NCBI GenBank assembly: GCA_002269645.1
Contig: NIVC01002506.1
Coordinates: forward strand, 102,265-166,264
DNA: 64,000 nt
Direction of reading: 5' to 3'
Origin: Macrostomum lignano
Lineage: Eukaryota
A program made the translations under genes and the position numbers. The notes below the pieces were generated by a model, which had not been told where the DNA came from, ran no database searches, and was given only the letters and a program-made list of their open reading frames with translations. This document shows positions 48,190 through 61,100 of this stretch, piece by piece; the first letter of the stretch is position 1; each line of letters starts with the position of its first letter.

Positions 48190-51100
48190 ATGCCATCCAG
48201 CAGAGGTGGCGGCATCAGCCTGCTGGGCCTGCCGCTTCTGCTGCTGCTCGCTGCGGCAGCTGTGAGGCCGGCAGAGTCCGTGTTCTCCTTCAAGGAGGGC
48301 AAGCAGTACATGTACGATGTGGAGACGCACACGAAAACCAAGGACATCGGTGACCTGTTCGTCTCAGGCCAGGTAGAAATATTTGTACAATCGCTTAGTG
48401 TATGCACCTGTAGGGGTTTTAAAAACCAACCTAACGGCTTTTATTACCGTTAATATTTACCTAGACAGGTAATAATGCATGTAGCTTAATTTTTATCACC
48501 CATTGACTATATTGATTTAAATTTATTCAGATTAAAGAGAAAGTTAAGAAATTTTGATCAATTGCAGTTAAAAAAATTTTAATATCTTAAGGTTGGTTTG
48601 TGGCCGAGTCTCGGGTTTGGTTCATGGCCGAAGCTCGGGCTTGGTTTATGGCCGAAGCTCGGGGTTGGTTTATGACCGAGTCTCGGGCTTGGTTTATGGC
48701 CGAAGCTTGGGGTTGGTTTGTGGCCGAGTCTCGGGTTTGGTTCATGGCCGAAGCTCGGGCTTGGTTTATGGCCGAAGCTCGGGGTTGGTTTATGACCGAG
48801 TCTCGGGCTTGGTTTATGGCCAAATCTCGGGGTTGGTTTATGGCCGAAGCTCGGGGTTGATTTATGCCCGAAGCTCGGGATTGGGCTCGGGGTTGGTTTA
48901 TGGCCGAAGCTCGGGGTTGGTTTATGGCCGAGTCTCGGGTTTGGTTTATGGCCGAGTCTCGGGATTGGTTTATGGCCGAAGCTCGGGGTTGGTTTTGGAC
49001 CGAATCTCGGGGTTGGTTTATGACCGAGTCTCGGGCTTGGTTTATGGCCGAGTCTCGGGTTTGGTTTATGGCCGAGTCTCGGGTTTGGTTTATGGCCGAG
49101 TCTCGGGTTTGGTTTATGGCCGAGTCTCGGGCTTGGTTTATGGCCAGATCTCGGGGTTGGTTTATGACCGAATCTCGGGGTTGGTTAATGGCCGAAGCTC
49201 GGGCTTGGTTTATGGCCAAAGCTCGGGGTTGGTTTATGCCCGAAGCTCGGGGTTGGGCTCGGGGTTGGTTTATGGCCAAAGCTAGGAGTTGGTTTATGGC
49301 CAAATCTCGGGGTTGGTTTATGGCCGAAGCTCGGGGTTGGTTTATGGCCGAAGCTCGGGGTTGGTTTATGGCCAAAGCTCGGGGTTGGTTTATGCCCGAA
49401 GCTCGGGGTTGGTTTATGGCCAAATCTCGGGGTTGGTTTACGGCCGAATCTCAAGGTTGGTTTATGGCCGAGTCTCGGGGTTGGTTTATGGCCGAGTCTT
49501 GGGGTTGGTTTATGGCCGAGTCTTGGGGTTGGTTGATGGCCGAGTCTTGAGGTTGATTGATGGCCGAGTTTCGGGGTTGGTTGATGGCCGAGTCATGGGG
49601 TTGGTTGATGGCCGAGTCTTTGCTCCGATCAGAAATGTTCCAGCATCGATATGGCTGAATCAATGAACTCGCAACTTCGCTGCTTTTATCTCATTTTCTT
49701 GAATGTCATTGCGTCAGCTGTTTCAACCCTAACATCGATCCCCGGTTTTCAGTTTTCCATCCAGCTGCAAGGCAAGGAGCCGGATGGATCTCAGCACCTG
49801 GCCCTGACGCTGACAAAGCTGCACGCCAGGAACGGCCGAGGCCAGACTGCGGGTCAGGGCAGCGACGTCAAGCTGGATGGCTGGTTCAGCTTCCACCTGG
49901 ACCCAGCCGGCCGGGTCAGCCATGTCCGGTATCCGCATGACGAGACTGCGTTCTTGGCCACTGTGAAGAAGGCCATGGTCACAGCGCTTCTTGGACACGA
50001 TGACGTAAGCCCGAAAATTTCAGTTTCCATGCATATATTTCCTCTCACCGCCAAAATTTCATTGAATAACATTTCAAAGCTGCTTTATGTAAACCCAATT
50101 CAGGAGTACAAGTTCCACAACACTCACGAGTGGAGCACCAAGAATCGCACCATCGGTCGGTATCACACCGAGATTTCAAAGACCAGACGCGGAGTTCATG
50201 GGAACAACGTGCACAGAAATGTCACCCATGTAAGCTTTCACACTTTTATGACAATTCTTTGCAGCACAGGCGTACACACGATTTGTACTGGAGGAGAAGG
50301 CGAAACTCTTGGGGTGTCTTGAGTGGCACCCCTGTCTCTTGATTGGAGCAACTGTCTTTTGGTGGGCGACCCTGTCTCTTAGATGGGTGCCCCTGTTTCT
50401 TGGTGGCTGACACTGTCTCTTAGGTGGGTGCTACTGTCTCTTGGTGGCTGAATTTGTCTCTTAGGTGGGTGCCCCTGTCTCTTGGTGGCTGAATTTGTCT
50501 CTTAGGTGGGTGCTACTGTCTCTTGGTGGCTGACACTGTCTCTTAGGTGGGTGCTACTGTCTCTTGGTGGCTGACACTGTCTCTTAGGTGGGTGCTACTG
50601 TCTCTTGGTGGCTGAATTTGTCTCTTAGGTGGGTGCTACTGTCTCTTGGTGGCTGAATTTGTCTCTTAGGTGGGTGCCCCTGTCTCTTGGTGGCTGAATT
50701 TGTCTCTTAGGTGGGTGCTACTGTCTCTTGGTGGCTGACACTGTCTCTTAGGTGGGTGCTACTGTCTCTTGGTGGCTGACATTGTCTCTTAGGTGGGTGC
50801 TACTGTCTCTTGGTGGCTGAATTTGTCTCTTAGGTGGGTGCTACTGTCTCTTGGTGGGTGCTCCTGTCTCTTGGTGGCTGAATTTGTCTCTTGGTGGCTG
50901 AATTTGTCTCTTAGGTGGGTGCTACTGTCTCTTGGTGGCTGAATTTGTCTCTTGGTGGCTGAATTTGTCTCTTAGGTGGGTGCTCCTGTCTCTTGGTGGC
51001 TGAATTTGTCTCTTAGGTGGGTGCTACTGTCTCTTGGTGGCTGAATTTGTCTCTTGGTGGCTGAATTTGTCTCTTAGGTGGGTGCTCCTGTCTCTTGGTG

Positions 51101-54100
51101 GCTGACACTGTCTCTTGGTGGCTGAATTTGTCTCTTAGGTGGGTGCTCCTGTCTCTTGGTGGCTGAATTTGTCTCTTAGGTGGGTGCTCCTGTCTCTTGG
51201 TGGCTGAATTTGTCTCTTAGGTGGGTGCTACTGTCTCTTGGTGGCTGAATTTGTCTCTTAGGTGGGTGCTCCTGTCTCTTGGTGGCTGAATTTGTCTCTT
51301 GGTGGCTGAATTTGTCTCTTAGGTGGGTGCTACTGTCTCTTGGTAGCTGAATTTGTCTCTTGGTGGCTGAATTTGTCTCTTAGGTGGGTGCTCCTGTCTC
51401 TTGGTGGCTGAATTTGTCTCTTAGGTGGGTGCTACTGTCTCTTGGTGGCTGAATTTGTCTCTTGGTGGCTGAATTTGTCTCTTAGGTGGGTGCTCCTGTC
51501 TCTTGGTGGCTGACACTGTCTCTTGGTGGCTGAATTTGTCTCTTAGGTGGGTGCTCCTGTCTCTTGGTGGCTGAATTTGTCTCTTAGGTGGGTGCTCCTG
51601 TCTCTTGGTGGCTGAATTTGTCTCTTAGGTGGGTGCTACTGTCTCTTGGTGGCTGAATTTGTCTCTTAGGTGGGTGCTCCTGTCTCTTGGTGGCTGACAC
51701 TGTCTCTTGGTGGCTGAATTTGTCTCTTAGGTGGGTGCTCCTGTCTCTTGGTGGCTGAATTTGTCTCTTAGGTGGGTGCTCCTGTCTCTTGGTGGCTGAA
51801 TTTGTCTCTTAGGTGGGTGCTACTGTCTCTTGGTGGCTGAATTTGTCTCTTAGGTGGGTGCTCCTGTCTCTTGGTGGCTGACACTGTCTCTTGGTGGCTG
51901 AATTTGTCTCTTAGGTGGGTGCTCCTGTCTCTTGGTGGCTGAATTTGTCTCTTAGGTGGGTGCTACTGTCGCTTGGTGGCTGAATTTGTCTCTTAGGTGG
52001 GTGCTCCTGTCTCTTGGTGGCTGACACTGTCTCTTGGTGGCTGAATTTGTCTCTTAGGTGGGTGCTCCTGTCTCTTGGTGGCTGAATTTGTCTCTTAGGT
52101 GGGTGCTCCTGTCTCTTGGTGGCTGAATTTGTCTCTTAGGTGGGTGCTACTGTCTCTTGGTGGCTGAATTTGTCTCTTAGGTGGGTGCTCCTGTCTCTTG
52201 GTGGCTGAATTTGTCTCTTGGTGGCTGAATTTGTCTCTTAGGTGGGTGCTACTGTCTCTTGGTAGCTGAATTTGTCTCTTGGTGGCTGAATTTGTCTCTT
52301 AGGTGGGTGCTCCTGTCTCTTGGTGGCTGAATTTGTCTCTTAGGTGGGTGCTACTGTCTCTTGGTGGCTGAATTTGTCTCTTGGTGGCTGAATTTGTCTC
52401 TTAGGTGGGTGCTCCTGTCTCTTGGTGGCTGACACTGTCTCTTGGTGGCTGAATTTGTCTCTTAGGTGGGTGCTCCTGTCTCTTGGTGGCTGAATTTGTC
52501 TCTTAGGTGGGTGCTCCTGTCTCTTGGTGGCTGAATTTGTCTCTTAGGTGGGTGCTACTGTCTCTTGGTGGCTGAATTTGTCTCTTAGGTGGGTGCTCCT
52601 GTCTCTTGGTGGCTGACACTGTCTCTTGGTGGCTGAATTTGTCTCTTAGGTGGGTGCTCCTGTCTCTTGGTGGCTGAATTTGTCTCTTAGGTGGGTGCTC
52701 CTGTCTCTTGGTGGCTGAATTTGTCTCTTAGGTGGGTGCTACTGTCTCTTGGTGGCTGAATTTGTCTCTTAGGTGGGTGCTCCTGTCTCTTGGTGGGCGC
52801 CCCTGTCTTTTAAGTCGACCCTGCCTCTTGATTTCCCTGTCTCTTGTAGCTACCCCCGTCTTTTGGTACCCTATGGCTTGGAAGGTATGCATATGCCTGT
52901 AAAAGATGCGGCTAGAATGGAGCTTCTTTCCATCATCAAGATTGGAAATGCGCTTTTGCATTTTGGAGAAGCGTATTGCAGTTGGGCGCCATTTTTGGCG
53001 TGCGACTGGAGGCTGGACGATCTTCCAGTCGGCCCGAATGCCCTCCTGCTATAAAGGCTACTGTCATTCTCTAATTATTCCAGACCATGCACTACAATCA
53101 CGTCACACGTCTGCCTGACAGAACTTTCATACACGATGAGATCCACTTCTTTAATGATCAACCTGAAGGGTGAGTTCAGCGAAGCGTCTATCTGCCTCAT
53201 GAGCATCCTCATACATGTAAACAGGTACTCTAAAATAAGGAACGTTTTTCTAATCTCAATATTTCAGCTTCGATTCGGGCGTCAAGGTCAGGAAGGGCCC
53301 ACGGGTGGTGATGGACAGGGAGCACGAAGATCCGACAAGTGTGTCCAGGGTGACCACCACGGCAAAATCGGAGTTCACGCTATCTGAAGTTCGAGACGCT
53401 TCACCGATCAAACAGAGACCAGCAAAGCTGGCGTCTGAGAATATTAACCAGACCAGGGTGAGCTCATGGAGTTGCCAGTTAGCGTTTTGAGCATCGCAGT
53501 ACATGCCAACTCACTATCCGTGTTTCAGCTGCATGAGGTGTTCCAGTCCGACTACGATTTACGAGACGTTCGGCGCGGCATCGACTCCAACCTCACCTGT
53601 ATAGCCACCGACACTGCGGAATGTGAGTTTGCTTAGCTAAATTATTTGTCAAGTTGAAAAGCTTTTGCTTGACTTTATTTTTGTCTTACGCCACTAAATT
53701 TTAGCCAAATCCGACGCTATCGACTGCTACCACAACTTGGTTCAAATATTGCAAGGACTGTCTCAGCGAGAGCTGAATGAAATTGCTTCCATGTACTTGG
53801 ACCGGCCGTATGGCAATATGTAAGCTCGCGCTTTTATTGGGATACCTGCTGTTGCTTTTGAGATCAACCGCAGCGAGCACACATGTAACTTGCTGCTTGA
53901 TCTACCTACATTTCAGCACAAAGGATCTGGAGAAGAAGAGGTTCCTGGCCATGCTGGATGCAGTCTGCAGTGTTGGCTCCGTTGCATCTGACTTGATCAT
54001 CAATAAACTGGTTCTCAAGTCCAGGAGCAGACATCCGGAGCTCGTCCAGAGGGTGCTCGTGTTTCTGGCTACAAGAAAGAACGCCCCAGCAAACGTGAGC

Positions 54101-55163
54101 TGAAGAATTTGGAATGCCGTATCGAAATCGTAGAATACGGTAGTCCGCTTAAGTAGGGCTTTGAACTCGTGACTCGTGTTGCAAAATGCGTTATCAAAAA
54201 GCAAAATTTTCAATTTTAGCATTAAACTTCGCAATATTTCTCCTTCTGGATTTTCGAATTGCACATGAGCCAAGTATTGTTCGTAGGAAAAAATTGGAAG
54301 AGCATAATATTGCAGAGTGCAGAGTTCACAATTACATTTGTTTTTTAGTTTCGTGTTGTGATTTATTATTACCAGATATTGTTATTACCTTCTACTTAAG
54401 TAGTTCATGACTCAAAGAGTACCAACATCCGGGTGCCATGATAAAAATGATGCTGTTTAAAAATGGTTTTAGGCCCTGGTGAATACTCTGGTCACGTTTG
54501 TGTTCAATCCCGAGGGTCAGCCCGATATCAACGACCCGGACACTTACCACCGCTGCGTGCTTGCCCTCGGCACCGTCTGTCGCCTGATGCAAAGCTACGG
54601 CAACCAGCAGCAGAAGGCCATGGCTCAGAGCATAGTTAGCCAGCTGGAAAAATTCACCGAAGTCTTCGGTGAGTAAAAATATCAGAAATTGCTTTCATAA
54701 AGAGCTTCAAAATTGACAATTTAAAAGCCTCGCTTTCAGATCCGTACCATCACCGGTCAAAGAGGGACGTCATGGACGATGCAACATTCGAAAGGTTCAT
54801 ATTCTTGAAGTCTTCGCTGATTGACAGTTTAGGAAATGCCGCTTTTGAGAGTTCATTTGAGGTCATCCAGTCCTACTCTAACGAGTCGTCGGCACCCACT
54901 CTGTGGAAGCGTTCTGGACTGCATTCTATGCGCAAATTCGAGACTATTGAGGTTTGTCTTTGTAGTAAACAGTCTGATTGCTCTCCTCAAGCGGGACTTT
55001 TATTTTTGTTTTTTGCATCCTGTTTTCAGGCAGCGTCAACAATCCTCACTGCCGCACTAACTGACTCTGACGAGCACGTTCGATACGAGGCCAGCCTGAT
55101 GTACGAGGCTCATCCGTCAAAAACTAAGGATATTGTCACCATGCATCGCGAATTTGTTGAAGG
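48190..55163 (+). CDS. Signal peptide plus vitellogenin-N/lipoprotein-N (LLTP)-like region of the giant gene
   Basis: Hydrophobic leader [15 protein letters not shown], then [17 protein letters not shown]. Helical-domain hallmarks [37 protein letters not shown] and DEHVRYEA. Confidence 0.65.
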
Positions 55164-58100
55164 GTGCGTTCAAAACGAGTTCTTTAACCCTATATGTAAT
55201 TTGTTTAAATCAATAATTATTTATTTTGCTATACATTCGCGCTCCGTGTTGTAGAATTGATAACGGAACTCTGCTGATGTCGCACAATATCTCCAAGCGC
55301 AGCGTGCAAGGCGTGCTCGAGAAAATGTGGAAGGGAATCCATGTGAAGCTGGCGGCTCCAGGCGTCAACTGGCAAAAGATGATCGGCAGCACTAAAATCG
55401 GCGGCTCGTTCGGAATGACCGCCTTGAATGAGCTCATTGTGAAGCTGGGTACGCTGACCCTTGCTGATTCTTATATACTGTATATAATAGAAACAATCAG
55501 ATGCTACTTATTCCAAATATTCCATTATTCCAAATGCAGCCTTGATCGAGGGTCAGCTTACGGTAAACGTGCACGACGAGGTTTTCGCTAGAGGACATCT
55601 GGGCGTAATTGGCATTCACATTGACTTCTTTCTGGCCAGAGTCTGCTTTCGAGGCGGTGTTGAGTACAAGATCAGCATTCTGAAGGAGTTCGGAGTCAAC
55701 AGCGTGCAGGATTTGGTGAAGCTTTACGACCGGACGATTGGAGCGCTCTACAAAGGTGTCAAGGACGCAATTAACGGATTTCGAAAGCTCTTTGAACCTT
55801 CAAATCCCAACCAGGTGTTTAGCATAACTAAAAACTTGCGCAAGGAGTTTCGAAGGCTGCCATACGTGGTGTCAGATCTCGCCAAATCGATTGTACAAGC
55901 GGTGGATATCCTGGCCGAGGTCGACCCGCTTGAGTTGCCGTCTCACGTGAGGCCGCTGTTTGCGGTACTGAAGAAGATGGCCACTCTGGCTAACGATATC
56001 AAAGCCGATGTTACAGGATTCTATTACGTGAGTTCATAGCACTTTGAGTGAAATCAGTTATTCGACTTTCAAATGTATAGTTTAAAGTGTGATAAGCTTC
56101 TGATCCGAAATGCAATAATTAGACCCTACACGACGCGATCGAGAACCAAATCCCGATGTCTGCAAAGCAAACTAAGGAGGGTTTGGATCTGCTGGTGAAA
56201 ATATTCCCAAGGATTTTCCGCTCCCCGAAGGAGGCCATCATGAACGCATTCAAGTCGTTCTTCCAAATCGGAATGGGGGTGAACGGGTTTCTCGACGCCA
56301 AAAATCGAACTCTTGAGGCGTGTTTCTTTTTGAAAGGTGAGCAATTTGTTCTGCCGTATCTATAGAAGTCGCACCTAAAACATAAAAAACATTTCTTAAC
56401 GAATACTTCACAATGCTTGTTTCAGAGGAGAAGCCCTACTGGTGGAATCTGACCGATCACTATCGCAACTTGAAGGCGGAATTCGCCGAGGCCCTGCGCC
56501 ACATGGAGAGAGGCCGTCGGGCCGTCTTAGCGCTGGAGGGCTCGCAGCAGAACGGCACGAGACCGTTTAGCGCAATGTCGGACTCAGTGAGACACCTGTT
56601 TTCTGTTTACCTGCCACTTTTCACGATCAAATTTCCGCTATAGAAGCCCTGGACCAGGCTTGTTATCTGCCTCGCTTATAGCTATTTCAGCGATCTGCGC
56701 CTGGTGCAGAATTTGCTGCTTTTCCAAGAAAATCTGAATTCCTAATATAGAACAGAATTCTTATCAGCTGCGAAGTGGGGAAAGTAGAAGCTCCGGTTGG
56801 CATAGTCAAAAGTTTACAGCTATAATGTCTACGACTATCTTATAGTTTAGTACCGAGCCTTGTAGCTCACAGAAAATTCAGTCGCTAAATGCATTAGCAA
56901 AGAATGACTTTGAGAATTTCTGCTTGTCAAATGCAGTATATTTAAGTGCAACCTCAAGTTCGTTTTATTTTTCTACAAAAAAGCTCAAGCCTTTCGCTCC
57001 ACTGCCTGTGATGCTTCTGAGTCTTTAAAAACTAACTAACAGCGTGTTTTGATTGTGTTGTTGTTGCTGTTGGTAACTTTGTTTTCAAAGTAATTTACTG
57101 GTACGACCGACAGTCCCCACATCGTTCATTTGATCGTCTACATTTTCAGTAATAAATAAATTACTGAGGTCTATACATGTCAGTGACATTTGGTTTAAAA
57201 AACAAAATTTTTCATTCAGGAAACAATGAAGCTAGTGGGCCTCCTAAAGGATGTCCAGGACCTGTTGATGGAACCGTTGAGCGGCTTCCGTGGAGCCTTC
57301 GGCCCACTTGAAAACCAGATCCAAGGAATTCTGCAGATAATTCGCGGCTTCAAGGAGGCCTACCAAGGAGCCAAGGAGAGCTGGAAGAGGATCAGGAGCA
57401 TAGCGGAAGCCATCATGGGTCCGAGGGCGCACTCCGAGTTTCAAAGGACTTACCGGCTCGCCGGGAAAGGTTGCAAATCCGATGGTTTCTATCCATCAGA
57501 CGCTGACAAACTGTGGAATCATCCTGGCGTGGATCTGGCCGTGGAACCTGGCGAAAAGGTCGTTGTGCCGTTCAAAGGCGAGTACTACCGAGGTCCCGAG
57601 GGTTCTAACCAGCTCGTGATTGTTCCGAAAGGATTCAGCATGGAAAAGTTTCACTTCATCTTGGAGAACGTGAAGTTCGAGATGGATGACGGTCGATTTG
57701 AAGCCAGCGACTTGCCAGTCTTCGATATGGAGCAAGGAAACAGCCAGCCAACTGAGGGCTTGGAGCTGAGCGCTGGGGACAAGCTCGGCGTGACTGGCTC
57801 GACACCCAAGTGCGAAAACCACATTCACCTATCCGCCAGGGCTGGCCCTGGTCGCTACCTGGATTCCAGCAAGTACCTTGAGCCTCGAGTGATGAAAATG
57901 CCAAAGTGGGAGCAGAAATGCGACGACTACAAGCTGGTGATACTTGATAACGTGATCGCCGAAGGGGCGATCGTGGGATTAAAAGGCCGGAAGGATGAGG
58001 ACACCAGCCCTGAAAGAGAAGCAACCGAGGAATCCGTGGAGCCGCTTGAAACTGACGAAGTCGATCTCTTTTCCAACGTGGAAGCTGACTCAGTTCGCCT

Positions 58101-61100
58101 GCCGCGCAGCTCCATTCTCGGCAACGTGGGCAAAGCGGTAACCAGCATTCTCGACTTTCCAAAAAAGCTGGGCGTCGACAAAATCTTTGATAGGTTCAGC
58201 TTGCGCCGCCTGAGACTCGCCTACGTCGTTGCCTTTCTAGAGGCTCCGGCGATTCAAAATCATTTCGAAAAGACCAGGGAGAAAATGGATAAACTACTGC
58301 TGACGATCAAGGATGTACTGGAAGATCAGCCGTGCCAGAGCCCCTACCTGATGTCTGAGGAAGAGCTGCGTAACGAGCTCGTTAAGAAAGGCTTTGGCAA
58401 ATCGGAGGTGGAAGTCATGCCAAAGGCCAGTCTTATCGATAGGATGAAGCAGAGTGATTCCCGTGAGTAACGCTTTCTCTAGAATTCAATATTTTAGGGA
58501 ATGCAGACGGTAGCTCATACTTCATCTCATTTTATTAACATCACAGGCTGTCCGCTTCTGCAGCTGTCGCTGCCGAGACCAGTTTACTGTCAGTTCGACA
58601 AGAGCTGCCTCTCGGTGGAGTGCTGCATTGACCTCAAGGTGAAGGTGTTCCGCAAAGCGGCAAAACTCTGGGCCAGGCTGGACCCGTGCGGCAGCAGCAA
58701 GAAGCTGGAGTTCGGGCTCAAGATGAAGCATGTGAAGACCGTAGTGTACACAATCGATTTCAACAGATTTTTTCCTGAAGGTAACCTTGTTAGTTTCCCG
58801 ATACATAAAAATAACTAGCAGTACTCTATCAATGATTAGCTTTTCCTAAACAAAGATTTTCGCCAATCTTACTTCAGATTTCGAAGAGAAAGAAATCTGG
58901 CTGCCAGACGCTCTGCAGTTCCTTAAAGTGCTGAAAATGAAGCTGCGGCTGTCGTACCAGTTCGCCAAGTCGGAGGAAGCCCTGATGTTCAGCCTTCGCC
59001 TGTCCGCGTGCTCAACCAGCTCGAGCTGCGAGGTGGACATACAGGTACTCCAGGAGCTCGTCCTGCCGCTGCCAATCTGCAAAGATGGCTTGGTCACCTG
59101 GCCGAAGATGAACTGGCAGCAGATGCTGAACAAGAACCACCTGAAGTCCCTGCTTCAAAAGACTTCTACGTCGGTCATCAACGCCATGATGCAGAAGTGG
59201 TGGGAAGAGTTGCTGCAGACGATGGGTCTGGGGGACTTTGCTGACGTCTTCAATGCCAAGGCCTGCACCCTGCCGAACAAGGTCTCCAACGAGGTGCTGC
59301 TAGAGGGGCTGACGGAGCGTGGGGTGCAGATTTCCGACCCTAGCAATAAAACGGTGCTGGTGCAACTGGCGGAACTGCACTTCCGCAAGTGTCGCAACGG
59401 GCCGCTGCAACTGGAGTTGCCGCAACTTCCTGGAGCACTGAGAAGTCGCGTCTTTTGCCAGGTGTCCCCGAACTGCACCAAGTTCGAGTGCTGCATGGGA
59501 CTGGAGGCTTCCATCAGAGGTTTTGAGATTGCAAAGTACTTGAAAGGTGAGTGCTAATTTTCAATAGTATTTCTGAAAGAATAGTCCCTTCTGACTAATT
59601 ACCGACGAATATTACAGGCTGGGCAAAAATGGACGAGTGTACTTTAACATTCAGCTTCGGTTTCAACTCGCTGACATTCAACAAGGTTCTGTTTGCGATT
59701 CCATACGGCAAGGAATTTCTACAAAATGTTGGAGCCCTGAAGCTTAAGTGAGTTAATATTCGAGCTTACATCTTCGTTTAGCAGGTTATTGAGTTCTTGC
59801 ATCGACTCATAAACTATTGCGATGAACTCGCATTCCGAATCCCAGGTACCGATTTAACGAGAATCCAACCAGCAATGAGGCGCCGCTGTTCAGCCTGGAG
59901 CTGGCGATCTGCCCGGGTTCGTCTTCATGCCTACTGGACTACATCAGTGTGCTCAATCGCGTGCCCGTGCCGGTGCCTTTCTGCGGCAACGACTGGCACC
60001 GAATCCTGCCGGGCAACACCGACAAGCTCGAGGATTTCCTCAAAGAGCTCGGAACTTCCGCCAGCCAGGCGGCGCTGGATAAGGCGGCGGAGATCCTGCT
60101 CACCAGGACGGGACTGAACAGGATCATCTCCAAGGGCCGGTGCGCCAGACAGAGCAATTTCACCGCCTGTCCGCACGTGCGCCTGCCGCAGCTGCCGTCC
60201 AATTTGCAGTGCCGAGTTGCAGACAACTGCATGGGCCTCGAGTGCTGTCTGGACTTTGCCTTCAAAACTAGCAAACTCGATCTCAGCTTTCTCAACTACC
60301 ACGCCAAGGCCTGGATTCTGCTGGACACGTGCGAGTACACCAGCTCGATTGGCATTGGTGCGCTGCACTTCAACACATCCCTGTTGGAAGCTCATTGGGG
60401 CCAGAAAAAGTCCCAGTGGATTGGCAACAAGGCCGTTCGATTGGAGTGAGTCAAATTGAGATTTGATGTAAATAGTAATATTAATTGACTGCGCCTGCCC
60501 TAATGGGCAGATGTGCAACCGACAGCTCAGCCGCAGCTATTGCGCGGCGCATCTAAAGGCTGCGTACGGCTGCTTTTGGTCCAAGAACTGGGGGTCGCCA
60601 CACACACCCTCAATTACCACCTAATAAGGCTAAATTGGAATCTCAGCTCGGGTCTGATCCTGCAATTAACGCCCTTGAGAGCCAAACACCAAGGCACAGT
60701 GAAGTGTACATGCTTAACGATAAATAAATTTAGGGCCACTGTAAACTCCCGTGTGAGTGTGTGCCTGTGCGTTTGACTGCGTAGCTCGTACGTATCCGCA
60801 CGCCCTGCTCAGGGGAGGGCAAGTAATGCCTTTCACCGGCTGCTTTTGGTCCAAGAACTGGGGGTCGCCACACACACCCTCAGTTACCACCTCAGGTAAT
60901 GCCGGTACCCATTTTACAGCTGAGTGAACTGAATCAATGCAGAGTTGTCTTGCTCAAGGACACAAATTGTTCCAGTGGGATTTTGAATCGAACCCCTGAC
61001 TTTTAATTCGTGAGTTTGACGCTCTAACTACCAGGCTACAACCCCTTAATGTGTTCTCCATTAGTAACTAATTCAGTTCGATGCTTTAATTGAAACAATT

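Noticed and set aside
48587-49666. Long repetitive ORFs (AINQPR.., GLVYGR.., WFMAE..)
   Set aside because: They are frames of an intronic 24-bp repeat, and exon 1 splices directly to 49753 in phase.
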